Assembly (NCBI GenBank): GCA_964365955.1
Contig: CAYISA010000001.1
Coordinates: 18,607-82,606, forward strand
Direction of reading: 5' to 3'
DNA: 64,000 nucleotides
Source of the DNA: an uncultured Candidatus Saccharibacteria bacterium
Lineage (GTDB): Bacteria; Patescibacteriota; Minisyncoccia; UBA6257; GWB1-50-10
Part shown: positions 9,116 through 19,235 of the stretch, in pieces
How the letters are laid out: each line of letters starts with the position of its first letter
Numbering within the stretch: the stretch's first letter is position 1
Position numbers and translations under genes: made by a program
Notes under the pieces: model-generated
Seen by the model: only the letters and a program-made list of their open reading frames with translations
Database searches by the model: none
What the model was told of the DNA's origin: nothing

Positions 9116-10117
9116 GTGGTATATAATAAATGTATGAAGTGGTTTCGCGTCCTATTTTGGATTTTTGTTGCCGTTGCGGTGCTACTGGCTCTTTTCCTTG
9201 CGTTTTATAAACCATCCGAAACCGCCCGTGCCGCCGGCACGAATATCAGCGCTTTTGATAGCGAACGTTTTGCATGGAACGACATGATTGGCTGGATCGA
9301 TTTTTACGGAACCAATGCCGTGATGGTGGGGACAAGTTCCATTACGGGTTACGCGAGTTCCGCGGCGGGAATTGTCGCGCTCGACTGTTCAACCGCGCCA
9401 GGCGGCTGTGGTGCGTGGAATTATGGCGTCTGCAACGGACGCGACTTAGCCCACCAAACCAATGGAACATGCACTACGGGAAGCGACGCGGGGAGCGGGT
9501 GGCTCTCCGGATACGCCTGGAACGATCTTGCGGGCTGGATTAGTTTTAGTTGCGCGAACCGTGGTGGATATCCTTGCACGGGTGAACAAGTGCGGATTCT
9601 CCCCGATGGGACCTTTGATGGATGGGCGTGGAGCGATTCGGTTGGCTGGATCAGTTTTAACTGCGCGAACACGGCGCAAGGATGCACCTCTCCCGGGCAC
9701 GACTATAAAGTAAAAAGCACATGGACCGCCTCGAATGCAGTCGGATATTTGGAATCTTCTGTATTTGACACGCAGATCCAAGGCGGCGCCATACTGAATA
9801 GTATCCTCTGGAAAGAAGGGGCACCGTCCGTGGGCACGTGCGTAAGTTTCCAAACCGCGGGATCGAATAACCCCGCAGGACCGTGGAACTTTTCGGGTCC
9901 CAGCGGAGACAGCAACGCGTACTATGGCGCCTCGTGCGATGCGGCAAGTGGAATTGCCGGAGGAACCGGGTGCGCCCCCAAAAACACATCCATCTGTGTG
10001 AATCCCCTCTATACGCAGAACTACAGATATGTAAAATATAAGGTAAGGCTCCAAAGCGATACCGCGCAGACAACTACGCCCGTCATTACCGATATCATTT
10101 TGAACTGGAGCCGCTAA
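9116..10117 (+). CDS. Secreted protein with three W-x-D-x-x-G-W-I-x-F repeats and a C-terminal domain shared with the 1855-aa protein
   Basis: N-terminal TM/signal FRVLFWIFVAVAVLLALFLAF. Repeats are WNDMIGWIDFYG, WNDLAGWISFSC and WSDSVGWISFNC. The C-terminus reads RYVKYKVRLQSDTAQTTTPVITDIILNWSR. Confidence 0.75.
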   Translation: MVYNKCMKWFRVLFWIFVAVAVLLALFLAFYKPSETARAAGTNISAFDSERFAWNDMIGWIDFYGTNAVMVGTSSITGYASSAAGIVALDCSTAPGGCGAWNYGVCNGRDLAHQTNGTCTTGSDAGSGWLSGYAWNDLAGWISFSCANRGGYPCTGEQVRILPDGTFDGWAWSDSVGWISFNCANTAQGCTSPGHDYKVKSTWTASNAVGYLESSVFDTQIQGGAILNSILWKEGAPSVGTCVSFQTAGSNNPAGPWNFSGPSGDSNAYYGASCDAASGIAGGTGCAPKNTSICVNPLYTQNYRYVKYKVRLQSDTAQTTTPVITDIILNWSR

Positions 10118-10121
10118 CACC

Positions 10122-11033
10122 ATGGCAATCCGCGAAACACAGATCGACAACAAACTGACGTGGGTGCATCTTACGTACCCGTCCCAAGAAGATTTTTCGA
10201 AACTGAAGTCTTATATCAACGCGCACCCGATCGTCTTGGACGAACTCCTCTCCGCGTCCGATCGCACACGGGTGGACACATACCCCGAGTATATTTTCAT
10301 GGTGTATCATTTCCCGATCTACGACACAAAAGAACTTTCATCGCGCCGTGCGGAAATAGACATCATCGCCTCTAAAGAAACGCTGATCACGGTTTCTTAT
10401 GAAGAGCTGGAGCCAATCCAACAATTTGAGCGGGACCTCGAAACGCGCCTCAAAAAGAAAGAGATCTCCTCTGCGGCTCATCTTCTGTACCATCTGTTAA
10501 GCGGCGTAAACGATTATTCCGTCCGCCAGCTAAAACACGTCGAAAAAAAGGTGAATTATGTAGGGGAAAAATTATTTAAACGCCAAGATCGCAAACTGCT
10601 CGAGGAAATTTCTTACATCAAGCGCGATCTACTGGAATTCTCGATTGTCGCGGTGCCACAACGGTCTACGCTTGAATCCTTGCTCCAAGTAGCGAGTGAT
10701 TTTTGGGGGCCGAGATTCCGTCCGTATTTTTTGGATCTGGTCGGAGATTTTTCCAAGATCCACTACCTTCTTGAAAATCTGAAGACGACCATTGAGTCCT
10801 ACAGCGAGACGGTATCCCAGATTTTCGGATTTAAAACGTCCGAAATTATCCGCCGCTTTTCCATTTTGGGATTCCTTACGTTCCCCCTAATCCTCTATGC
10901 CACCATCGCCCTCCAGCCGAAAGTTGAGGCGGGGATCATCAACACCGCGAACGATTTTTGGATTCAATTCGGCGTTATCGCGGTTATCATCGTGACCGCC
11001 GCTTTCTTCTTTCGAAAAAAGGGGTGGCTCTAA
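10122..11033 (+). CDS. CorA-family divalent cation transporter-like protein with a degenerate GMN motif
   Basis: CorA-like N-terminus (WVHLTYPSQEDF..HPIVLDELL..DRTRVDTYPEYIFMVYHFP), two C-terminal TM helices and an FRKKGWL tail. The position of YGMNF reads ATIALQPK. Confidence 0.6.
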   Translation: MAIRETQIDNKLTWVHLTYPSQEDFSKLKSYINAHPIVLDELLSASDRTRVDTYPEYIFMVYHFPIYDTKELSSRRAEIDIIASKETLITVSYEELEPIQQFERDLETRLKKKEISSAAHLLYHLLSGVNDYSVRQLKHVEKKVNYVGEKLFKRQDRKLLEEISYIKRDLLEFSIVAVPQRSTLESLLQVASDFWGPRFRPYFLDLVGDFSKIHYLLENLKTTIESYSETVSQIFGFKTSEIIRRFSILGFLTFPLILYATIALQPKVEAGIINTANDFWIQFGVIAVIIVTAAFFFRKKGWL

Positions 11034-11036
11034 TCT

Positions 11037-12431
11037 ATGCGGATCTATAACACGCTTTCGGGAGAAAAGGACGAACTTGAGCGGCCGAAAGGTGCGCTCA
11101 AGCTTTTTGTCTGCGGTCCTACCGTCTATGACTATATCCACCTAGGGAACGCGCTCACCTATGTTTCCTTTGATCTTTTTGCTCGCTATCTGAAATCCCA
11201 GGGATTCAGGGTTTTTTTTCTCGAAAACATAACCGATATCGATGATAAAATAATCCAAAAAGCCGAAGAAGAAAAGAAAACTCCAAGTGCAATCGCCGAT
11301 TTTTACCGTAGAGAATTTCTAAAAGACGTGAAAGCGTTGGGCATCGACACCGTGACTCGTTATGCGTCTGCAACGGATTTTATTCCGGAAATCGTAAAAC
11401 AAGTAAACGTTCTTTTAAAAAAGGGTTTTTCCTATAAAATCGAAGGCGACGGATACTATTTCGATATCTCGAAATTCTCTGACTACGGAAAACTTTCCAA
11501 GCGAACGGTTGCCCAAGCGGAGGATGGAGTTTCGCGCATTGACGAGAGTGTTCGAAAAAAAAATAAGGGTGATTTTTGCGTCTGGAAATTTTATTCTGAA
11601 GATCCCGCGGAACCGTATTGGGAAACAGAGATCGGGCGTGGCCGGCCGGGCTGGCACATTGAAGACACTGCAATCACCGAGAAATTCTTCGGCCCCCAAT
11701 ATGACATCCACGGCGGCGGAATTGATCTAAAGTTTCCGCATCATGAGGCGGAAATCGCCCAGCAGGAAGCTGCTTCGGGGAAAATTCCTTTTGTAAAGAT
11801 CTGGATGCATGGGGGGCTTCTAAACGTGGAGGGGAAAAAAATGTCAAAAAGTCTAGGCAATTTTATAACCGCTCGGGATTTTCTGAAAAAATATCCTCCG
11901 CAGCTTTTCCGCTGGATGGTTTTGAACCACCACTACCGGTCGCCACTGAACTACACGCTGGAGCTGGTTGAACAGGCAAAACAAAACATTGAAACCATAA
12001 AAACATTTTTGGAAAAACTGGTCTTTGTAGAAAAAAAATCCCGCGCTTCTAAAATCTCGGAAGTCGCGAAACTCACAAAAAAAGCGCAGACGGAAATAGA
12101 CGGCGCGCTGGACGACGACTTCAATACTCCGGTAGCGATTGCGGCATTTTTTGAATTTATGGGAGAAATCGAGAAGCGCATTTGGAATCTTTCCTCTTCC
12201 GACGCCAAACTAGCGGTTTCTTTTTCCTTACAAAACTTCGAGAATCTTGGATTTTCTTTCTCCGGCTCAAAAATTCCCCTCAAAATACGTCTTCTTACAC
12301 AGAAACGCGAGTTATCAAGAGCCCGTAAACAGTTTGTTCAATCTGATGACTTGAGAAAAGAAATCCATCGTTTAGGATACATTCTAGAAGACACGCCCTA
12401 CGGACCTTTCGTGCGGAAAGAAATAAAATAA
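11037..12431 (+). CDS. cysS: Cysteinyl-tRNA synthetase
   Basis: Class I HIGH-type motif (HLGNALTY), KMSKSLGNF, and overall CysRS-like sequence. Confidence 0.92.
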   Translation: MRIYNTLSGEKDELERPKGALKLFVCGPTVYDYIHLGNALTYVSFDLFARYLKSQGFRVFFLENITDIDDKIIQKAEEEKKTPSAIADFYRREFLKDVKALGIDTVTRYASATDFIPEIVKQVNVLLKKGFSYKIEGDGYYFDISKFSDYGKLSKRTVAQAEDGVSRIDESVRKKNKGDFCVWKFYSEDPAEPYWETEIGRGRPGWHIEDTAITEKFFGPQYDIHGGGIDLKFPHHEAEIAQQEAASGKIPFVKIWMHGGLLNVEGKKMSKSLGNFITARDFLKKYPPQLFRWMVLNHHYRSPLNYTLELVEQAKQNIETIKTFLEKLVFVEKKSRASKISEVAKLTKKAQTEIDGALDDDFNTPVAIAAFFEFMGEIEKRIWNLSSSDAKLAVSFSLQNFENLGFSFSGSKIPLKIRLLTQKRELSRARKQFVQSDDLRKEIHRLGYILEDTPYGPFVRKEIK

Positions 12432-12454
12432 ACGGCGCGCGCTTCCTGGAATCT

Positions 12455-13813
12455 ATGCCGAAATTATCACTTAAAGTCCCTCCTCATGATTTGGAGGCAG
12501 AGCGTTCCGTGTTGGGCGCTTTGATGCTCGACAAAAACGCCGTCGTCCGCGTGGCGGATATTCTGCATCCCACGGATTTTTATCATCCCCAGCATCAGAT
12601 TATCTACGAAGCAATTTTGGATCTTTTCGAGCGCAGTGAACCCATCGATGTACTAACGGTCACACAAAAACTGAAGGGGGGTAAGAAACTAAAAGAGATC
12701 GGCGGCGGAGATTATTTGGCAGAAATTATTTCCAGCGTTCCGACGTCTGCACACGTGGAACATTATGCGACGATTGTGAAAGAAAAGCGCGTACGCCGAG
12801 AATTATTGCACGCAGCGTCCGAAATTAACGAAGACGCTTTTGACGCGGACGACTTCGAAGAATTGTTGGACGGAGTAGAACATAAAATTTTCACTATTTC
12901 CCAACGCTCGCGCCCGCAACGGTTCACCGCCATCAAACAAGAACTCGGCGCCGCCTATGAGCGCTTCGAAAAACTCCACCACGGAGAAAAAAATGTCTTG
13001 CGCGGCGTTCCCACCTATTTTACAAAACTCGACCAGATGCTCTCGGGTCTGCAACACTCCGATATGATCATCGTGGGCGCGCGCCCCTCGGTAGGAAAAA
13101 CTTCGCTGGTTCTTGATATCGCCCGCGAAGTGGGACTCCACGGAAAAACAGTCGGGTTTTTTTCGCTCGAAATGTCCAAAGATCAGGTGGTGGATCGTTT
13201 GATCGCCGGACAAGCCCAAGTGTCCCTGTGGCGCATGCGTTCCGGACAGCTCCGTGATGAGTTGGAATTCCAGCTAGTACAGCAAGCACTGGACCAGCTT
13301 TCGAAGGCCTCAATTTTCATCGACGATACGCCCTCTATGAACATCCTTCAGATCCGTTCCATGGCGCGGCGCCTTCAAATGGAACACGGACTTGATCTCT
13401 TGATTATCGACTATCTGCAGCTCATCCAACCGCGAACCTCAAGCGACAACGTGGTTCAGCAAATCACGGAAATATCGCGCGGCATCAAAACGATTGCCCG
13501 TGAGCTTGCCGTGCCGGTTTTGATTGTGTCCCAGCTCTCGCGCGAAATGGAACGCCGCGAAGTAAAAATACCAAAGCTTTCCGACCTGCGGGATAGCGGA
13601 TCGTTGGAACAAGATGCGGATGTAGTAATCTTCATCGCGCGCAAAGATAACCCGGAAGGGCTCCCTGAAAACAATATTATGAACATTATCATCGCGAAAC
13701 ACCGCAACGGTCCCGTGGGATCCATTGAACTCCGTTTTGACAGCGATAAAACCAGTTTCAAAAATATCGACACCCTGCACTCGGCTCCCGAAGCAGAAAT
13801 CGGAATGTCATGA
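12455..13813 (+). CDS. dnaB: Replicative DNA helicase DnaB
   Basis: N-terminus PHDLEAERSVLGALMLD and Walker A GARPSVGKTSLVLDIA. 452 aa, no intein. Confidence 0.92.
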   Translation: MPKLSLKVPPHDLEAERSVLGALMLDKNAVVRVADILHPTDFYHPQHQIIYEAILDLFERSEPIDVLTVTQKLKGGKKLKEIGGGDYLAEIISSVPTSAHVEHYATIVKEKRVRRELLHAASEINEDAFDADDFEELLDGVEHKIFTISQRSRPQRFTAIKQELGAAYERFEKLHHGEKNVLRGVPTYFTKLDQMLSGLQHSDMIIVGARPSVGKTSLVLDIAREVGLHGKTVGFFSLEMSKDQVVDRLIAGQAQVSLWRMRSGQLRDELEFQLVQQALDQLSKASIFIDDTPSMNILQIRSMARRLQMEHGLDLLIIDYLQLIQPRTSSDNVVQQITEISRGIKTIARELAVPVLIVSQLSREMERREVKIPKLSDLRDSGSLEQDADVVIFIARKDNPEGLPENNIMNIIIAKHRNGPVGSIELRFDSDKTSFKNIDTLHSAPEAEIGMS

Positions 13814-14409
13814 CACCGGACCCCATCAAAAAATTTATTGAAGTATTTTCCCGCCTGCCCGCGATCGGACCCCGGCTTGCAACCCGCCTTGCGTTCCATC
13901 TGACAACACTTGATCGCCAGGAACTCCACGCACTCGCGGTTGCTGTGAATAATCTGAAGGGTCTCACGCGGTGTGAGCGCTGTTTTTTTCTGAAAAGCGG
14001 AACGCAGAAACCATGTTCGTTTTGCGCCGACACGACGCGCGACGCAATGCTTATCGCCATCGTGGAAAAAGATACGGATATACTCGCACTTGAAACTACC
14101 GGCCGCTTTAAGGGTCAGTATTTGGTACTCGGAGAGCTTCCGGAACGAGGCGTGCTTGAGAGTTCCCATAAACTCCGTTTGCGGGCGCTGAAAGATCGAA
14201 TTCAAAAAGAATTAAAGGGGAAGGCAAAAGAAATCATTGTGGCGGTAAATCCGACAACCTTTGGTGATTTTGTCGTAGACACCGTCGGCCAGGAATTTAA
14301 AACTCTTGCGGAGCGTGTAACCAGACTCGGACGTGGTATCCCCACGGGTGGAGAAATCGAATTTGCAGACGAAGAAACTCTGCGATCCGCATTAGAACGA
14401 AGAAACTAA
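13810..14409 (+). CDS. recR: Recombination protein RecR
   Basis: Helix-hairpin-helix N-terminus, C4 zinc finger CERCFF..CSFC, and a Toprim segment. 4-nt overlap with dnaB. Confidence 0.9.
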   Translation: MTPDPIKKFIEVFSRLPAIGPRLATRLAFHLTTLDRQELHALAVAVNNLKGLTRCERCFFLKSGTQKPCSFCADTTRDAMLIAIVEKDTDILALETTGRFKGQYLVLGELPERGVLESSHKLRLRALKDRIQKELKGKAKEIIVAVNPTTFGDFVVDTVGQEFKTLAERVTRLGRGIPTGGEIEFADEETLRSALERRN

Positions 14410-14430
14410 GTGATTGACACTAGAAAATAA

Positions 14431-14459
14431 AATAAGCGACTCCTTGGGGGTCGCTTATT
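14431..14459. terminator. Bidirectional terminator hairpin
   Basis: AATAAGCGAC / GTCGCTTATT stem between convergent recR and rplU. Confidence 0.55.
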
Positions 14460-14781
14460 AAATTTTTGTAATCTCAACTTCGGAAAAATCCTGGCGGTGG
14501 GTATTGAATTTGCGATAGCGGGTTTTGGGGTGATAGCGAAACACGATTTTTTTGGGCGTGCGTGCATTTTTCAAAATCTTTGCTTCAACTTTTGCACCTG
14601 CAACATATGGCGTTCCCACGGTCACTTTTTCCCCGTCCGCAACCAACAGCACCTTATCGAAAACAACGGAAGAGCCCTCCGCTACCGGGAGTCTCTCTGC
14701 TAAAATCCGTTCCACCGGAAGTTTGGTTCCTTTTGAAACCTTATATTGTTTTCCGCCCGTCTCAATAACTGCAAATTGCAT
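14458..14781 (-). CDS. rplU: 50S ribosomal protein L21
   Basis: MQFAVIETGGKQYKV..VTVGTPYV..HRQDFSEVEITKI. Start moved to the internal ATG at 14781; the listed 142-aa ORF carries a non-homologous N-terminal extension. Confidence 0.9.
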   Translation of the reverse strand: MQFAVIETGGKQYKVSKGTKLPVERILAERLPVAEGSSVVFDKVLLVADGEKVTVGTPYVAGAKVEAKILKNARTPKKIVFRYHPKTRYRKFNTHRQDFSEVEITKI

Positions 14782-14896
14782 AACAAAATAGAGTGTATCA
14801 GGGAAAATCTTTTTTGCAAGCCAAACAAAAACCGCCCCTTTGCCCTTCGCCAACCGGCGAAAAAGAGGAGCGGTTTTTTGCTTCAAATCTAAAAGT

Positions 14897-15580
14897 TTAG
14901 TGTTGTTCCATTCTGTCTTTCATGCGACCGATAAGCGTGCCGGCGTAATCCTTGCCGCCCAAACCAAACGCAATACCGCCCGCAATCGCGAACATCGCGA
15001 CAAACCCCGTCACTAAGGACTGGATAATCGCCACCGCAACGCCGAGCTGCGTAAGCATCGCAAGGAAACCAAAGACCACCACTGACCACCACGTGACCGA
15101 TCCCAAGAAATGCGCTCCGTGAAACTTTGTGCTTTTAACCGACGCCTGAACCAGGCGCTTCAAAAAGTTCGCGAATACGAATGCCGCGAGCATAATGAGC
15201 ACCGCTACAATCACATTCGGGATATAGATAAGCACTTCTTTAAGGAATGTTGAAAGCGAGTAGAACCCTAAAATGTCCGTCGCCGCAAGAAGGAAGACTA
15301 CCACCAGAAACCAATAAACAATTCTTCCAAAAAACTTGCCGCTGTTCAGATTCAGGCCCGCGCGATCAAAATATTCCTTTAGCCCTAAACTCATAAGCCC
15401 CTTGTCGAGTTTGATCAACGTGATCACTTTCTCTACAAGCGTCGCAAGCCCGCTCGCTACGATAAGACCCACAATAAGGACAATGAGCGCCCCAATAATG
15501 TTCCCGAGCGTCATAAAAAACCCTGTCCAGAGATTCTGGAGTGATGAAACCACTACCTGTGTCCAATCTTGAATAAGCAT
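14897..15580 (-). CDS. Multi-pass membrane protein with conserved-TM-helix repeats (MscS-associated type)
   Basis: Repeated hydrophobic segments such as GNIIGALIVLIVGLIVASG, resembling the conserved TM helix repeat found at MscS-like N-termini. Confidence 0.45.
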   Translation of the reverse strand: MLIQDWTQVVVSSLQNLWTGFFMTLGNIIGALIVLIVGLIVASGLATLVEKVITLIKLDKGLMSLGLKEYFDRAGLNLNSGKFFGRIVYWFLVVVFLLAATDILGFYSLSTFLKEVLIYIPNVIVAVLIMLAAFVFANFLKRLVQASVKSTKFHGAHFLGSVTWWSVVVFGFLAMLTQLGVAVAIIQSLVTGFVAMFAIAGGIAFGLGGKDYAGTLIGRMKDRMEQH

Positions 15581-15619
15581 GTTGAAATGATAAGCTGATT
15601 GAATTCTCGACCTTTTTAG

Positions 15620-16084
15620 GTGATTCCATTATACCACACGCTTTTCATGAAACCAAAAAACAACCTCCCTCTGTACACCAGCACCTTTGTTTTGCTGTTT
15701 TTGCACTTTGGTGGAGTCATTTTTCACTGGTATAACACTTTTTATTCCTTTGATAAAATTGTCCACGTGGCCGGTGGATTCTGGATAGCTCAAATTATCC
15801 TTTTATTGTCCACAAAACACCAAACCGTTGCCTTCCCGAAAGATAAATTTATGAGGGCGTGTATCCTACTTATCAGTATGGCGGTGCTGGTGGGAGTTTT
15901 TTGGGAATTTTTTGAAGTCTTCGTTGGTAAAATAAGCATACTCCGGTACGGTACGGGCATAGAAAATCACCTCGCGCCCACCGATACCGCTTTTGATCTT
16001 TTTTTTGATTTTCTAGGGGCCACGCTTGCCGCCATCATCTTTCTTCCAAAAAAGAACGGCTCAACTAGTTCGTCTGGAGAATAA
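15620..16084 (+). CDS. Hypothetical integral membrane protein
   Basis: 154-aa ORF with about 4 predicted TM helices. No family recognised. Confidence 0.45.
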   Translation: MIPLYHTLFMKPKNNLPLYTSTFVLLFLHFGGVIFHWYNTFYSFDKIVHVAGGFWIAQIILLLSTKHQTVAFPKDKFMRACILLISMAVLVGVFWEFFEVFVGKISILRYGTGIENHLAPTDTAFDLFFDFLGATLAAIIFLPKKNGSTSSSGE

Positions 16085-16694
16085 TCGCGCCTGTGGACGA
16101 GGTGTAATCAATACTCGAGGAGGTAGCGAATGTGCTGGTCGTACCCGTTACCACCTGTTCCCCCACTGGACCGGTGGACCAATCCGTCTGTGTATACACA
16201 TTGTTCAGAAAACGGGAAAGATAGATCGTCTGCGAAGACGAGTCCGAGGTCCCTTCAAGATCCGTCCAACTCACCGTGATAATTGCTTTAAGTGTTGAGG
16301 GATCATAATATCCGCCGCTTGTCACAATATCTCCCGTTGAAGTTGAGCGATAAATGGGGCTAAGAGAAAACGAATGGGTGTAGGTGATGTTATTTAAAGG
16401 TGTTGTCGCGGTTCCCGCCGAACCATACACAATCCACTTCCCCGCGCTCGTTGTCGTAAAATACGCCGTGCTTGTCGCAAGGCCGCTAATATTATGCCAA
16501 TCCTCGCGCGCGATAGCGCGGAGCGCTTCAAGTTCTTCTTTCGCCAAAAATGCTCCCGCCCCTGCAGCACGCGTCTGGGGTACCGCCCGCAAAGATATCG
16601 AGGAAATGGAAGCTACGGATAGGCTGACGAGCACTAAAATAAGTGATGCGATAAGGATTTCCACAAGCACTTGACCGTTTTTTTTGTTTCCCAT
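16065..16694 (-). CDS. Type IV minor pilin-like protein
   Basis: Prepilin-type N-terminus KKNGQVLVEILIASLILVLVSLSV (G then Q, with E at +5). Confidence 0.6.
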   Translation of the reverse strand: MGNKKNGQVLVEILIASLILVLVSLSVASISSISLRAVPQTRAAGAGAFLAKEELEALRAIAREDWHNISGLATSTAYFTTTSAGKWIVYGSAGTATTPLNNITYTHSFSLSPIYRSTSTGDIVTSGGYYDPSTLKAIITVSWTDLEGTSDSSSQTIYLSRFLNNVYTQTDWSTGPVGEQVVTGTTSTFATSSSIDYTSSTGAIILQTN

Positions 16695-16815
16695 ACCCTT
16701 TTCAATCTATACTACCACACATAGAATTATCCACACATTCCTTTTCTATTCTCAAAGAATGGAGCTATACTAAATGCATCATTACAAGGTCGATTTAACT
16801 TTTCCTTTATTGATC

Positions 16816-17439
16816 ATGTTAAAAACACAAGAAAAGAGGGGGTTTACGCTTATTGAGCTGATTATTTCCATCGCGATTTTGGCAATTTTAGTCGCGGTTC
16901 TGGTAGTCGCAATCAACCCCGCTGAACAGCTGGCACGCTCCCGAGACGCAAAACGCGTTGCAGACCTTGATGCATTGAAATCTGCTTTAAACTTGTATCT
17001 TGCGACCGCCACGACAACCGTAAACTTGGATGGACAGGGAACCGCGAATACGCTCTGTTCCGGTGGAGGCGGGGCCGACACTATTTTCTTTAATAGCACA
17101 GCCGGAGCGACAACCAGCGGTGCATATGACGTGGGTCATACGTGGGTTGCGAAATCAGCAAGCTCGGGCCAGGCTATCGGAGCGTCGGGCTGGTTACCGG
17201 CACGTTTTGATTGGACGCCCGGAGGTTCTCCGATCTCCAACCTTCCGCTTGATCCAACAACTCCGGGAGGAGATTCCACCTATTTCTATTCCTATGCGTG
17301 TGAATCAACCAACAAACAATTTAAGTTGACCGCAAGACTCGAAAGCACTTATTTTGCGAGCGATCTGAACCTTGATGGAAATGACGGCGGAGCAACCTCC
17401 TCACTTTACGAAGTGGGAAGCAATCTTACGACGCTCTAA
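16816..17439 (+). CDS. Type IV pilin
   Basis: MLKTQEKRGFTLIELIISIAILAILVAVLV, a class III signal with FTLIEL. Start moved to the internal ATG at 16816. Confidence 0.8.
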   Translation: MLKTQEKRGFTLIELIISIAILAILVAVLVVAINPAEQLARSRDAKRVADLDALKSALNLYLATATTTVNLDGQGTANTLCSGGGGADTIFFNSTAGATTSGAYDVGHTWVAKSASSGQAIGASGWLPARFDWTPGGSPISNLPLDPTTPGGDSTYFYSYACESTNKQFKLTARLESTYFASDLNLDGNDGGATSSLYEVGSNLTTL

Positions 17440-17519
17440 CCATTTGGACGGCGTGTTTGTTCTGAAAAACCCCCACCTGTGGGGGTTTTTGTTTTCGTAA
17501 AATGCTAAAATAAACACAT

Positions 17520-19229
17520 ATGGCAATCACGCTCGGAAAGATAACAGATCTACTTGTAAAAGAGGGGGTGGTAAAAAAGGAAGAGGTTGCGACATTAGAA
17601 GAAGAAGCGAAACAGTTGGGCGCGACATTTTCGCGGTACTTAATCTCGCAGGGACGGCTTACCGAAAAACGGCTGAATGAAATCATCAGTACGTTTTTGA
17701 ATGTCCCTATTTTTGACATTAAGGAGCGAGCACTGAAGCCGGAATTTGTGGAACTGCTTCCGGAAGCGATCGCGCGCCAGCGTCAACTGCTTATTGTAGA
17801 CGCCGATCAGAAGAAAAAAACGTACTCGGTCGCGATGACGGACCCCACGGACATCGACACTCTTACCTTTCTTGCAGAATACCTGAACGGAACGATTGAC
17901 CCTTACCTCATTTCGTCCGAGGATCTGCGATTCGGGTTTCGTATTTACAAAAAAAAGTCCTCCGCCGAATTCCAAAAAATCATCAATGAGCGCATCAAAG
18001 AGCTCCGCACAACACTGAAGCGCGGTGCGGAAGGGAACATCCTCGAAAATGTTCCGCTGGTTCAACTTTTTGACGCGGTCATGGATTATGCGGCTATTTT
18101 GGATGCCTCGGATATTTATTTTCAGCCCGAAGAAGAACTCTTAAGAATCCGCTTCCGTGTGGATGGACTCTTGCGGGATATTTTTATAACGGATAAGGCG
18201 ATTAACGACGGAATTATTGCGCGCGCCAAGACACTTTCGGCACTGCGTATTGACGAACACGTGAAACCCCAGGACGGACGCTTCCGGTTCCGAACGAGCG
18301 ATACCGATCTGGATATCCGCGTTGCCATCATGCCGACATTTTTTGGCGAGAAACTGACACTCCGCCTTTTGGCGGGATCGCAATCGTTCCTCACCTTTGA
18401 AGAATTGGGTGTGAGCGATGTGATGGCTCAAAAACTCTATCAGACCGTCAAGCGCCCCTACGGAATGCTCTTGAGCGCCGGTCCTACCGGCTCCGGAAAG
18501 ACGACAACTATTTACAGTATTCTGACTCTTCTGAACCGACCCGAGGTTCATATCGCAACCATCGAAGATCCTATTGAATACATGATTCCGAACGTAAGCC
18601 AAACACAGGTGAATGTACAGGCAAATATTACGTTTGCGTCCGGGCTCCGCGCGCTCCTACGCCACAGTCCCGACGTTATTTTGATCGGTGAAACGCGCGA
18701 CGCGGAAACGGCCTCTATTTCAATTAATGCGGCGCTGACCGGCCATCTTTTGATTTCGAGCATCCACACCAATAATGCCCCGAGCGCGGTGGTGCGACTC
18801 CTGGACCTTGGCATTCCGTCTTTCCTTATAGCATCTACTTTGAACGCGGTGGTGGCACAACGCCTGGGAAGAAAAATCTGCCAGAACTGCATTGAGTCGT
18901 ATCCCACGCCTCCCAGCATCGCGAAACAGATACAAGAAGAGTTTGCGCGAGCGGGTAAAAAGAATCCGCCTCCCAAAAAACTCTACCGCGGAAAAGGATG
19001 CACAATCTGCGATAACACGGGGTACAAGGGTCGCACTGGTATTTTCGAAATTTTGGTCGTGAGCGAGAAAATTCGCGACATCATCGCAGGAACCCATTTC
19101 ACGCTCGACTCGCTTTCGGAAATGGCACGCGCGGAAGGAATGACCACGATGTTTGAAGACGGACTCGAAAAAGTGGAGCGCGGCGTTACCACTATTGAAG
19201 AACTATTCCGCATCATGAGCGCGGAATAA
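17520..19229 (+). CDS. pilB: Type IV pilus assembly ATPase PilB/GspE family
   Basis: Walker A GPTGSGKTT, Asp box, His box, and a C-terminal CxxC..CxxC tetracysteine motif. Confidence 0.9.
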   Translation: MAITLGKITDLLVKEGVVKKEEVATLEEEAKQLGATFSRYLISQGRLTEKRLNEIISTFLNVPIFDIKERALKPEFVELLPEAIARQRQLLIVDADQKKKTYSVAMTDPTDIDTLTFLAEYLNGTIDPYLISSEDLRFGFRIYKKKSSAEFQKIINERIKELRTTLKRGAEGNILENVPLVQLFDAVMDYAAILDASDIYFQPEEELLRIRFRVDGLLRDIFITDKAINDGIIARAKTLSALRIDEHVKPQDGRFRFRTSDTDLDIRVAIMPTFFGEKLTLRLLAGSQSFLTFEELGVSDVMAQKLYQTVKRPYGMLLSAGPTGSGKTTTIYSILTLLNRPEVHIATIEDPIEYMIPNVSQTQVNVQANITFASGLRALLRHSPDVILIGETRDAETASISINAALTGHLLISSIHTNNAPSAVVRLLDLGIPSFLIASTLNAVVAQRLGRKICQNCIESYPTPPSIAKQIQEEFARAGKKNPPPKKLYRGKGCTICDNTGYKGRTGIFEILVVSEKIRDIIAGTHFTLDSLSEMARAEGMTTMFEDGLEKVERGVTTIEELFRIMSAE

Positions 19230-19235
19230 TAACTC

